A stretch of DNA of 54,048 nt from a virus (lineage: Duplodnaviria > Caudoviricetes), in the IMG/VR virus record IMGVR_UViG_3300018719_000034, positions 1 through 54,048 of that record. One strand, given 5' to 3'. Numbering within the stretch: position 1 is the stretch's first letter; each line of letters starts with the position of its first letter. Both the position numbers and the translations under genes were made by a program. The notes below the pieces were generated by a model that ran no database searches, had not been told where the DNA came from, and saw only the letters and a list, made by a program, of their open reading frames with translations. Of this stretch, positions 28,480 through 36,646 are shown one piece after another.

Positions 28480-30492
28480 TCAGGGAGTCGGGGCAGCCGG
28501 GGCGCCCCAGGCGACGCCCGACAGAAGCGCGACACCGCTGGCGCGACGGCGAGCCCAGTTGATCGTGCGCTCGGCGCGGAAGCCGACCGAGTTGGTCTGC
28601 CAGAGCGACACGAGGGACGCGCCGGTCGGGGCGCCGGAATCACCGGTCGGGTTGTCGGCCATTTCGAGCGAGGCCTCGCGGCTCATATCGACGGCAATGC
28701 CGCCGTCATCCGCAAGGTAGATGTCGCTGGCGTTCACCAGAGCCACGATCCCATCCGGCACATACTCGGACACGATAGCCGGCAGGCCGAAGAAGGTGCC
28801 CCCGTTCATGCCGATGCCGGGGAATTCCGCCTGTCCAAGCGGGTTCTGCATCAGCGACAGGGCGAGGGCCGTCGTGGCCCGCATGATCCACACGCCGGAG
28901 GTCGGGGCGTTGTTCGCAGCGATGAAGGCCGCGAAGAGAGCCTGGATGTCGGCGCGGACATCATCCGCCGTGGTGCCGGTGGACGCGACCGGAGTGACAC
29001 CGTTCGTGATGGACGCCGGAGACACGCCTGCAACTTCGGCCTTGGCCGGGTTGATGAAGTCCAGATCCAGACGTTCCCGCAGGGCTGCGGCGAGCTGGTC
29101 ACGGACGATCACCTCGGCGGACGGGCTGGAATTGCGGAGGACCTCCTCCGTCACGACCGCGATATTGGCGACCTTCAGGGGCTCCATGGTGCGGCGCTCG
29201 AAGTCGAACTTGGTGAGCGGCTTTGCCTTGCCTTCACCAACCCAGTAACCGTCGCCGCCCGAGGTCTGACCGACAAGGGCAACCCGGAACGGAACGCGGC
29301 GCAGGGCCGGAACGCCATTGGCGCCGAAGCGGCCAAGGATGGTCTGGGGGCGCAGGAACTCGACGAAGTCGGCAAACACCGAGCTTTCCTCACCCACCAG
29401 AGCGCCGGCCCAAGTGGGGTCGGTCGTGGTGGCCGCGGGAACGGCGGCCTTGGACACGATACCGTAAACGACCGAGTCCTCGCCGTAGAGCTCCTTGGCG
29501 ACCGTGCGGGGGCTCTCGCCGTCCAACTTCGCCAGGGCCTTGACGCGGGCGAGGCGGGCGAACCCGATACCCGGATCGAGCTTCGGCTGAGCCTTCACGA
29601 TCACGCCCGATCGAGCAGCGGCGCCTTCGTTGCCGGTCTTGATCTGGTTGTGAACAACCGGCTTGGCAGAGGCGGCCTGCGCCTTCTCCAGCGCGCGGAG
29701 GCGCTTCAGGTCGCCGTCGATGGCGTTGACTTCCTGCTCGAGAGTGTCGAACTCCTCCTGCTCCTCAACCGTGGTCGAACGGCCTTCATCGATGGACTTC
29801 TGCATGACGTCGCCCATGCGTGCGGACTTGGCCTGACGCGAGGCCTCAAGTGCCGCAATCTGTTCTGCGATAGTCTTCATGTTCGTGCCCTCCTTCGGGC
29901 GCAAGTTGACGGATGTGATGGTTTTTCCGGAGGCGCCCGGAGGGGTCTTCACAGGACGCTCGATAGTGCCAGTCGCGGCGGGAGCGTTCGTGTCGAAGGA
30001 CTTGATGAGAGCGACACCTGTCGCGTCCATGTTTTTGATGCTCGTCATGATGGCTTCCGGCTGGGCCGGGATCGTGACGGCAGAAAGCTCGTAGACTTCC
30101 GTCTCTGAGAAGCGGATACCGCCATTCTCGATGAAGCTGTATTCGATGGCACGGAAGCCGATGGACACGGCCCGGACCAATCCAAGCTTGATCGACTGCC
30201 AGGCCTCCTCAATGCGATCCCGAAGCGTTCCATCTTCGGCAATCGTCGGGATCTCGGCTTCGAAGGTAATGCCGTCCTTCGTGGGCTTGTCGAACTTCAC
30301 CGTGCCGATCGGCTTGGTCGCATCGTGTTGCCAAAGGAACGGCAAGGGGTTGTTGAACTTAACGCCCAACGGCTCGACTACATCACCAACTCTGTCGACA
30401 GCGGGGGTCGTCGCGATACCCCGAATGATGCGCTTCTCCTCGTTCACCGCTTTGATGGTGAGGTATGAGTATGCGCGGCGCGTCACAGTCAT
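28480..30492 (-). CDS. fused prohead protease / HK97-fold major capsid protein
   Basis: N-terminal protease (DRVGDVV, LWQHD, VSIGF, ELSAVTIPA) and capsid motifs (WVGEGKAKP, LWQTNSVGFRAE). Confidence 0.92.
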   Translation of the reverse strand: MTVTRRAYSYLTIKAVNEEKRIIRGIATTPAVDRVGDVVEPLGVKFNNPLPFLWQHDATKPIGTVKFDKPTKDGITFEAEIPTIAEDGTLRDRIEEAWQSIKLGLVRAVSIGFRAIEYSFIENGGIRFSETEVYELSAVTIPAQPEAIMTSIKNMDATGVALIKSFDTNAPAATGTIERPVKTPPGASGKTITSVNLRPKEGTNMKTIAEQIAALEASRQAKSARMGDVMQKSIDEGRSTTVEEQEEFDTLEQEVNAIDGDLKRLRALEKAQAASAKPVVHNQIKTGNEGAAARSGVIVKAQPKLDPGIGFARLARVKALAKLDGESPRTVAKELYGEDSVVYGIVSKAAVPAATTTDPTWAGALVGEESSVFADFVEFLRPQTILGRFGANGVPALRRVPFRVALVGQTSGGDGYWVGEGKAKPLTKFDFERRTMEPLKVANIAVVTEEVLRNSSPSAEVIVRDQLAAALRERLDLDFINPAKAEVAGVSPASITNGVTPVASTGTTADDVRADIQALFAAFIAANNAPTSGVWIMRATTALALSLMQNPLGQAEFPGIGMNGGTFFGLPAIVSEYVPDGIVALVNASDIYLADDGGIAVDMSREASLEMADNPTGDSGAPTGASLVSLWQTNSVGFRAERTINWARRRASGVALLSGVAWGAPAAPTP

Positions 30493-30526
30493 GACGACCT
30501 CCGATTAACTGCGGGTTCCATTGTGG

Positions 30527-32083
30527 TCAGCCCAGCACGAGCATCTGATAATCGGGCTTGCGCTCTTCGACGTGCGTGCCCGCAACGCTCTTCGCCATGG
30601 CAAGGGCAATCATGCCGTCGATACGTCCGCGGCTCTTAGCCTTGGTTAGTTTCCGGTTGCCCGCCGGATCCTGCTGAACCACGGCATTTGCGGCGCACAT
30701 CGTCAGAACCGGGTGGTTGCCGTGTGCGATCTTCCCGTTCAGGAGGTCGCTTTCCAGATCACGCAAGGCGGGGCTCATCGACTGGAAGCCCTGCCCAACC
30801 TCTACGAACTTCGCCAACTCGGCTTCGGTGAAGCCTGCCTTCTCGAGCCAGGGCTTGAGATGCCGCCAGTTCCAGCGGTCGAACCCGACCTTCTGCACGT
30901 TGTAGCGATCGAAAAAGCGCCGCAGATGTCCGGCGACGAACTCATATTCGATGCTCTTAGCGCCCGGGATGGCTTCAAGGTGCCCTTGGTCAGCCCAGAC
31001 ATCGTAAGGCACCCGGTCCTGCCGCGACCGCTCCCGCAGGCCTTCGCCCGGGAGCCAGAATGTTGGCTTCACGTTCCAGATGCCGTTGACCGGCGCCATG
31101 GGCACAAAAGCCGTAAGGTCGTTCACCTCTGAGAGATCGAGGCCCGCATAGACCGGCAGATCCCCGAAGTCGTCTATCACGTCGTCGCCGTTCGCCACCC
31201 AGATCGCCCGCGAGATGAAGGGGTTGTTCATCTCCACGCGCTGGTTCAGCACGAGGTTGCGATATTCCGCCTCTCGCGAAGGCATCCGGCGCGCATCCTC
31301 GGCCATGGCGAGGACTTCGCGCTTGTTCATGAACACGTCGAAGGCAGGGTTCGCGGCCCTGATTGCCTTCTCACTGAACGGGTCGAGGTCTTCCGGTGCC
31401 GTGTCGAGACGCAGCACAGTCCGAGGATCGTGGCCGGCCTTCGCGTCATCGATCAGAAGCGACAGCAAGTCCGCCTCGGTCGGGGCCTGCGTCGAGATGA
31501 TGATCGAGAGCGGGTCCTCCTGCGCTGCGGTTGCCGTTTCCAGCGCCTCGTAAAGATCGAACTTCGGCCCCCTCACCTGCCCGAGCTCGTCGTGAATGTT
31601 CAGGACGGGCGAAAGTCCGTAAGCCGTGGAGGCTTCTGCCGAGAGCGCCCGGTAGACTGACCCAAGCTCTGGACAGACAAGCTGCTTGCCGGAGTCCTTG
31701 ATTGCCACATAGGCGGACAGCCTTTCCGACATGCGAACCATCTTCGACGCCAGGGCGAAGAGGATGGCCGCCTGATCGCGCGACTGAGCGCCCGAATAGA
31801 TCTGCGAGTTAGGCCGCGCCTCCGGTCCGCACAGGTGCAAAAGCACGATCATGGCGGACTCGGTTGTCTTGGCGTTCTTACGGCCCCGGGAAATGATCGC
31901 TCGGCGGGTGCCGTGCGGGTTGTCGTAGATCGCCCGGAAGTCCTCCTTCATGTATTCGGTCATCTTGAGAGGCTGACCGACGAACTTGCCTTCAGGGATC
32001 CGGATATTCTCTTCGCACCACCGAATGTTTCGCTCGGCTCGCGTCTCTGGGCGGTCCTTCTTCCTGCGCTTTACGCTTCCCAT
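30527..32083 (-). CDS. terL: terminase large subunit
   Basis: GRKNAKT Walker A, IHDELG Walker B, IISTQ, GLDLS, RIDG nuclease motifs. Confidence 0.95.
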   Translation of the reverse strand: MGSVKRRKKDRPETRAERNIRWCEENIRIPEGKFVGQPLKMTEYMKEDFRAIYDNPHGTRRAIISRGRKNAKTTESAMIVLLHLCGPEARPNSQIYSGAQSRDQAAILFALASKMVRMSERLSAYVAIKDSGKQLVCPELGSVYRALSAEASTAYGLSPVLNIHDELGQVRGPKFDLYEALETATAAQEDPLSIIISTQAPTEADLLSLLIDDAKAGHDPRTVLRLDTAPEDLDPFSEKAIRAANPAFDVFMNKREVLAMAEDARRMPSREAEYRNLVLNQRVEMNNPFISRAIWVANGDDVIDDFGDLPVYAGLDLSEVNDLTAFVPMAPVNGIWNVKPTFWLPGEGLRERSRQDRVPYDVWADQGHLEAIPGAKSIEYEFVAGHLRRFFDRYNVQKVGFDRWNWRHLKPWLEKAGFTEAELAKFVEVGQGFQSMSPALRDLESDLLNGKIAHGNHPVLTMCAANAVVQQDPAGNRKLTKAKSRGRIDGMIALAMAKSVAGTHVEERKPDYQMLVLG

Positions 32084-32484
32084 GGCTTTTTGACTACGCT
32101 CGGCTTGCGCGCCTGCTCGGCCCGAACCGTCGCCTGCTGAGAGATCCGCATCCGGGTTGCGAGCGACGAGATCGCCCGACCTTCCCGTTCCTGCATCTTC
32201 AGAAGACGGTCATAGTTCTCCACGTCGAAATCGGGGGACTTCTCCAGGTCGGCGATGAGTTGAGCCACCCTCCGGGCAGCAACGACATGCCGACAATACT
32301 GGGCGAGCATGCCGTGAGTTTCGCGCGGAAACCAATCGGCCGGCATTCGATTAACGACCGCCCACCATTCTTCCGCCTGTTCGTCCGTCAGATCATACGG
32401 AGCGTCCGGGCGCTGAACCGTCTCCACTGCGACTGCCGCCGGGACGGCCAGCGATGCCGCTGACTTGCGTCCTCGCGTAGCCAT
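32071..32484 (-). CDS. terS: terminase small subunit
   Basis: MATRGRK, P.DL...A.EWW, LAQYC; immediately upstream of terL. Confidence 0.85.
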   Translation of the reverse strand: MATRGRKSAASLAVPAAVAVETVQRPDAPYDLTDEQAEEWWAVVNRMPADWFPRETHGMLAQYCRHVVAARRVAQLIADLEKSPDFDVENYDRLLKMQEREGRAISSLATRMRISQQATVRAEQARKPSVVKKPWEA

Positions 32485-32519
32485 GTCGTGAAACCTTTTT
32501 TCTACAGGTTTTGGAAAGG

Positions 32520-32582
32520 AAGAGTTCGCCCGCCGGTCCTAGGCGGAATGGCTCTGAGGTCTCAGATACCCCCCCCGGGGCA
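32520..32582. other. possible cos/packaging region
   Basis: Non-coding gap upstream of terS with a G8 run (minus); expected position in HNH-terS cos phages. Confidence 0.35.
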
Positions 32583-32774
32583 TCACTCGGGCCTGACCAC
32601 CTCGAACTCGTGAATGTCGCGGTAGTCCTTGTTCACCTCGAGCCGCGCAGCGCCTGTGTTCTCATCGGTGCATGCCGCAAGGGCAGCTTCCTTCGTGTCA
32701 TAGACGCCATTGAGTTCCCACGCATGTGGGCCTTGTTCAGGGAGCAGACGGCACACAACCCAGACTTCCTTCAT
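32583..32774 (-). CDS. hypothetical protein
   Basis: 63-aa ORF with ATGA overlap. Confidence 0.55.
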   Translation of the reverse strand: MKEVWVVCRLLPEQGPHAWELNGVYDTKEAALAACTDENTGAARLEVNKDYRDIHEFEVVRPE

Positions 32775-32992
32775 GCTGCTTCCTCTGCCTTGCTCACGAC
32801 AGCCAAGCGAGCGCCGTGGTCTAGGATAATCACGTCGCCTTCGCCTAAGCCCTTGCGTTCGAGGATGGGCTTTAGTCTGTCGCTGAGGCGACGAGCCATC
32901 TCATCTGTCAGGGCGCAATCGAACGTGATGACGAGCAGGTCATCCTTCTGAAGCTCAAGCCTCTCGACCTTGCCCTCTAGGATATCGGTCAT
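32771..32992 (-). CDS. hypothetical protein, paralogue of 27964-28176
   Basis: VERLELQKDDLLVI...VIILDHGARLAVV. Confidence 0.6.
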   Translation of the reverse strand: MTDILEGKVERLELQKDDLLVITFDCALTDEMARRLSDRLKPILERKGLGEGDVIILDHGARLAVVSKAEEAA

Positions 32993-33486
32993 ATGGTGCA
33001 TCCCTCATGGTAGGTGCGCTTAGCATTGAGGTAGGCTGCCTGCGCTCGATCGACCGTATCGAACCGGCCTAAGTGCACCTTCTGGCTCCCGACTGTGATG
33101 TTGGCCTCATACTTCCTGCGCGAGGGGACATACGAGACGCCAAGGACGCCGGTGCTGTGGTTGTTCTTCCTTGCCCTGTGCTCGTTCTGGGCATTGATGG
33201 TGTGTGGCACGTCCCGCAGGTTGGTGATGCGGTTATTGGACCGGGTGCCATCGATGTGGTCTATCTGCCCCTCGGGCCATTCGCCGTAGTGGAGAAGCCA
33301 CACAAGGCGGTGCAGGTAGACGCGGCAGCCAGCGAAGACCACGCGAGAATAGCCATCGCCATTATCGTTCCTGACCGGGCCCGCTTCTCCGCGGGTGCTC
33401 TTGGCTCTGCGAGAAACGATGCCCGTCGTAGGGTCATACGAAAAAACCGCCCGTGCTTGGGCGGCTGTAATGTCTCGATATCCCAT
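32989..33486 (-). CDS. HNH homing endonuclease with AP2-like domain
   Basis: HRLVW, IDHIDGTRSNNRITNLR, GVLGV, HLGRF. Confidence 0.9.
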   Translation of the reverse strand: MGYRDITAAQARAVFSYDPTTGIVSRRAKSTRGEAGPVRNDNGDGYSRVVFAGCRVYLHRLVWLLHYGEWPEGQIDHIDGTRSNNRITNLRDVPHTINAQNEHRARKNNHSTGVLGVSYVPSRRKYEANITVGSQKVHLGRFDTVDRAQAAYLNAKRTYHEGCTI

Positions 33487-33489
33487 TGG

Positions 33490-33831
33490 TCAGTTCTCTA
33501 AGGGCCAACCATCCGCGTCTACAGCCTGGAACCTGCCTCGCTCTTCCCTTTGCTTGTCCCTGTTATGGTGGGTCTCGCAAAGCGATTGAGTGTTCTCGTA
33601 CGAGAAGAACAAGGCGGCATCGCCTTTATGGGGCTTGATATGGTCCACGATCCAGGCCTTACCGACCCTTCCCTGCTCGGCACACATCCGGCACAGAGGC
33701 TCGTCTCTCAGTCTCTTGGACCTGATGGCGTACCAACGTTGGGTCTTGTACCAAGCACGCCACGGCTTCTCTGCCCTGCGCTTGGCGTCGTATTCCCTGT
33801 TGCGGGCTCTGTGGTCGAGGGGCTTGGGCAT
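33490..33831 (-). CDS. HNH endonuclease (terminase-associated, HK97 gp74-like)
   Basis: PLCRMC, VDHIKPHKGD, NTQSLCETHH. Confidence 0.88.
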   Translation of the reverse strand: MPKPLDHRARNREYDAKRRAEKPWRAWYKTQRWYAIRSKRLRDEPLCRMCAEQGRVGKAWIVDHIKPHKGDAALFFSYENTQSLCETHHNRDKQREERGRFQAVDADGWPLEN

Positions 33832-34019
33832 CACGCCGCCGATGGATTTGCCTTCTGATTGTGGGCCCGCAAACAGCGAGCAACGGACGACTGTTCCAAT
33901 TCCCGAAGCGCTTGCTCTATGCAAAGATAGTCATAGGAGCGGACATCGAGAACATCGCGCCCTTCGGCCTTAGCCCTCCGAACCCATGCGGAAGTTTCGT
34001 CACCGACCTCTGGTCTCAT
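33831..34019 (-). CDS. hypothetical protein
   Basis: Overlap-coupled 62-aa ORF. Confidence 0.5.
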   Translation of the reverse strand: MRPEVGDETSAWVRRAKAEGRDVLDVRSYDYLCIEQALRELEQSSVARCLRAHNQKANPSAA

Positions 34020-34225
34020 TGGCCGTCTCTCGACAGGAGAGCGGCATTAATGCGGAGACGGTCATCAATCCGAGCCAGAACATCGCTTAGTTCAGCCTGG
34101 GCCTTGTCGATGTCGTAGATCCTCAAAGCGTCTTGAACGCGCTTAAGATGGGCTGCCACGGCGCAAAGCATCGGGCTCTCGCCCATCTTCAAAGCGGCTT
34201 TGGCAGACTCGTCTAAGGTGATCAT
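34016..34225 (-). CDS. hypothetical protein
   Basis: 69-aa ORF with GAGG RBS. Confidence 0.55.
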   Translation of the reverse strand: MITLDESAKAALKMGESPMLCAVAAHLKRVQDALRIYDIDKAQAELSDVLARIDDRLRINAALLSRDGQ

Positions 34226-34825
34226 GGTGCCTCTCGTTCAAAATGAGGAGCCATCCGGGGTGCGCGTCATAGAGAGGCGTGGACGGCTTTGTTAAGCGAC
34301 TTGTATAGAAAAGGCCCGGCTTCTATTCACATCCTAATCATGTGCATAGGGGCTTGGGCATCATGCCAGCAACAGTTCCCGGCGCATTGCCTGCTGGCTA
34401 TCGAGATGGAGCATGAACACCTGCTTCTTGCGCATCTCGGATAGTTGCAATTCGGTTTGGTTTTCCCTGAGTGTCTGGGTGAGGAAGCGGCGCAACTGAT
34501 CCATGGGATTACCCGAACAGAGAGCCAAGGATGAAGCCCGCAGCGAACAGGCCAACTAGCAGAAGCACGATCACTTCAGAGGCCATCTCTCTACCTCAGC
34601 CAGCCGTTTCGCTCGGCAATGGCCATCTGCACATAGATGCCGGGAGAAACCTCGACCATCACAGCCCCATCGAGTGTGCGGGTGTAACTTCTTCGCTTTG
34701 ACATTTGGGCATGAAAAAGCCCCTGTGCTCGCTTCGGGCAGAGTGCCGAAGGTACTGGCAGGGGCGGGTCCTAGAAACGCTAACGCACTCAGGGTGAAAT
34801 CACCGCCGAGCGCTATGTGAAGATA

Positions 34826-34854
34826 TAACTAGCGCATGAGCTATTCGGTTGCAA
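34826..34854 (-). promoter_or_regulatory. putative late promoter
   Basis: TTGCAA-N17-TAGTTA; a long hairpin plus TTTTT follows at about 34713-34766. Confidence 0.5.
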
Positions 34855-34856
34855 GT

Positions 34857-34887
34857 GAGAAGCGACAGGTTATCCCCATCGCCTCTC
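34857..34887 (-). terminator. stem-loop closing the pentamer array
   Basis: GAGAGGCGA...TCGCTTCTC inverted repeat directly downstream of the array. Confidence 0.5.
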
Positions 34888-34896
34888 TGCTGGCAT

Positions 34897-35151
34897 CAGC
34901 CGAGACCTAACTAGCCCTGCCAAAACAGAACCCGCCAGAACCTACCTCACCTGCCCCGCCCTGCCTTTCCCCGACCGACCTAACCCTGCCTTGCCTGCCA
35001 TGCCTGCCTCGCCTTGCCTCACGCGACCGTACCTCGCCATCCCCGGCCTTGCCTCACCACACCTGCCCTGCCGTGCCTCACCGCAACAGACCTGAACTAA
35101 ACACGCCTTGCCTGCCCAACCGTACCTCACCCCACCTAACCCAACCACGCC
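34897..35151 (-). repeat. GGY-NN pentamer array (candidate guide ncRNA)
   Basis: Manual parse: 47 pentamers (35 start GGY, 9 GTY, 3 other) in blocks of 7, 9, 11, 1, 8 and 11 separated by five GGCA tetramers; last two bases variable. Confidence 0.85.
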
Positions 35152-35159
35152 AATAGCCC

Positions 35160-35639
35160 TCATGCTGCCTTTTGCGGCTGCATGTTCTCGATAACAGCGA
35201 AGAGACGGGCGAACTCTACAAGTTCTGAATGCCTCTTGCGCCAATCCTGCAATTCCTTCCAGGCCTGTGCAAGGACCTGAGCCCGCAACTCGGCGTCAGA
35301 CATCGCGTGGACGACCGAAGTATATGAGCGGTCCTCATCACGCCGGACGTTGACGAACGCTCGGATTGGCTCCTTGCCTTGGTCTGTTTCGCCGTCGCCC
35401 ACCATCGTAATCATGCGGATGACATAGCCAGCCTGTGTGAGGCGGTACTGATGGGCGGCTTTCTTGTCGTTCCACTCAAAAGCAGGATGCAGCGGATTGT
35501 CTTTGTTCCGGGCCTCTTGAACCACATCCTCTTGCGTCAAACGCCCGTTGCGAGAGACGCGGATGCGTTCAAGCTCCTCACCAGCTGCTTGGGCGGGCAC
35601 CGGGACGCCCGCTTGTGGTTTCCAGAAGTAAGTTGTCAT
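35160..35639 (-). CDS. conserved hypothetical accessory protein of the Cas7-like cassette
   Basis: 159 aa; starts 2 nt after the upstream stop; PLHPAFEWND..AAHQYRL.QA motif. Confidence 0.8.
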   Translation of the reverse strand: MTTYFWKPQAGVPVPAQAAGEELERIRVSRNGRLTQEDVVQEARNKDNPLHPAFEWNDKKAAHQYRLTQAGYVIRMITMVGDGETDQGKEPIRAFVNVRRDEDRSYTSVVHAMSDAELRAQVLAQAWKELQDWRKRHSELVEFARLFAVIENMQPQKAA

Positions 35640-35641
35640 GA

Positions 35642-36277
35642 TTACACCTCCACTCCACTAGCGACATGGAAACGGCCATAGACGCCATCGCGTTCAGGCC
35701 GCCACTCTCCAACACCGACCGCAAAACCGGCCGTCTGGAACAGGTTCACCACTTGAGCCGCCGACATGACGTTGGCGTTGTATTTGACCGTAAGAATTGC
35801 CGACCACGGGTCGAACTCGCCGCGATATCGAAGATCAGCCGTTCCCATGCCGACGCGGGCAATGTCCTCGCGCATGGACGGAGGGGGCCCTTTGATCTCC
35901 ACGAACTCGCCCTCGACGTGAAACGCCTGACGAGCTGCCACCTTCGTGATTGAGCCAATGGAGGTGCAGGCAGTCACAGCGGCAGCCTTGAAGGCCACGG
36001 CAGGGAAGCCAAAGCGGCCCTTTTGCACGTCCTCTTCGCTCGGCTGATCCGGCATGCCGTCGAGCCAATACATGCTTTCCACGAAGTCGCGCCAAGGGTC
36101 TTTGGCCTCACGGCCTGCCGACGCCTTCTTGGTCTGTTTGGCGAGCATCTGCTCACGAGCCTTCTTGGAGAAGGCATGAACGATCAGCGGGCTATCCCCG
36201 ACGATGGGAATTTCGATGGTCTTGATAGCCAGAGGAGGCAACTCGATAGCGACGCTGGAACTTGACTTAGCAACCAT
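35642..36277 (-). CDS. stand-alone Cas7/RAMP-like protein
   Basis: 211 aa with AGGAG RBS; IVGDSPLIVH first strand, FPAVAFKAA helix, C-terminal Gly-rich loop GFAVGVGEWRP..G.YGRF; fold inferred from motif order. Confidence 0.7.
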   Translation of the reverse strand: MVAKSSSSVAIELPPLAIKTIEIPIVGDSPLIVHAFSKKAREQMLAKQTKKASAGREAKDPWRDFVESMYWLDGMPDQPSEEDVQKGRFGFPAVAFKAAAVTACTSIGSITKVAARQAFHVEGEFVEIKGPPPSMREDIARVGMGTADLRYRGEFDPWSAILTVKYNANVMSAAQVVNLFQTAGFAVGVGEWRPERDGVYGRFHVASGVEV

Positions 36278-36350
36278 TACGGTCTCCTTTCTCGACTTTG
36301 CGTTTACAAAACTAACCCTAGCGTTTATGATACTGTTCGTCAACCAAAAA

Positions 36351-36365
36351 TAACCGAGGCGGTTA
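36351..36365. promoter_or_regulatory. palindromic candidate operator
   Basis: TAACCG-agg-CGGTTA in the AT-rich divergent intergenic region. Confidence 0.45.
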
Positions 36366-36406
36366 AAATGATTGCCCTGAGTAAGCGTCCTGTGTACGAA
36401 GCGGCT

Positions 36407-36643
36407 ATGATTACGCCCGCTCAAATCCGCGCTGCCCGTGCCCTGCTCGGCTGGAAACAGACCGACCTAGCGGAAGCCTCTGGCGTGTCCGAGATGAGCG
36501 TGAAGAATATCGAGCGCGGCGCGTCCGACCCTCGCATGAGCACCCTTCGGGCCTTGCAGGAGGCGTTCGAGGCTCATGGGGTGATCTTCCTTGAGCCGGG
36601 AACGAACCGGGAGGGCGGCCATGGGGTGCGCTTCAAAGGCTGA
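36407..36643 (+). CDS. XRE-family HTH regulator
   Basis: ITPAQIRAARALLGWKQTDLAEASGVS...IERG..DPR. Confidence 0.9.
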   Translation: MITPAQIRAARALLGWKQTDLAEASGVSEMSVKNIERGASDPRMSTLRALQEAFEAHGVIFLEPGTNREGGHGVRFKG

Positions 36644-36646
36644 CCG

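Noticed and set aside
34897-35151. CRISPR array
   Set aside because: No 23-50-nt direct repeats with unique spacers; the periodicity is 5 nt
34942-35244. 100-aa Gly/Arg-rich ORF in the ORF track
   Set aside because: Overlaps the 159-aa gene and is a translation of the pentamer repeat; 5-nt periodicity argues against coding
36278-36424. N-terminal extension of the Cas7-like ORF (260 aa)
   Set aside because: Runs through the divergent promoter region; a strong AGGAG RBS marks ATG 36277
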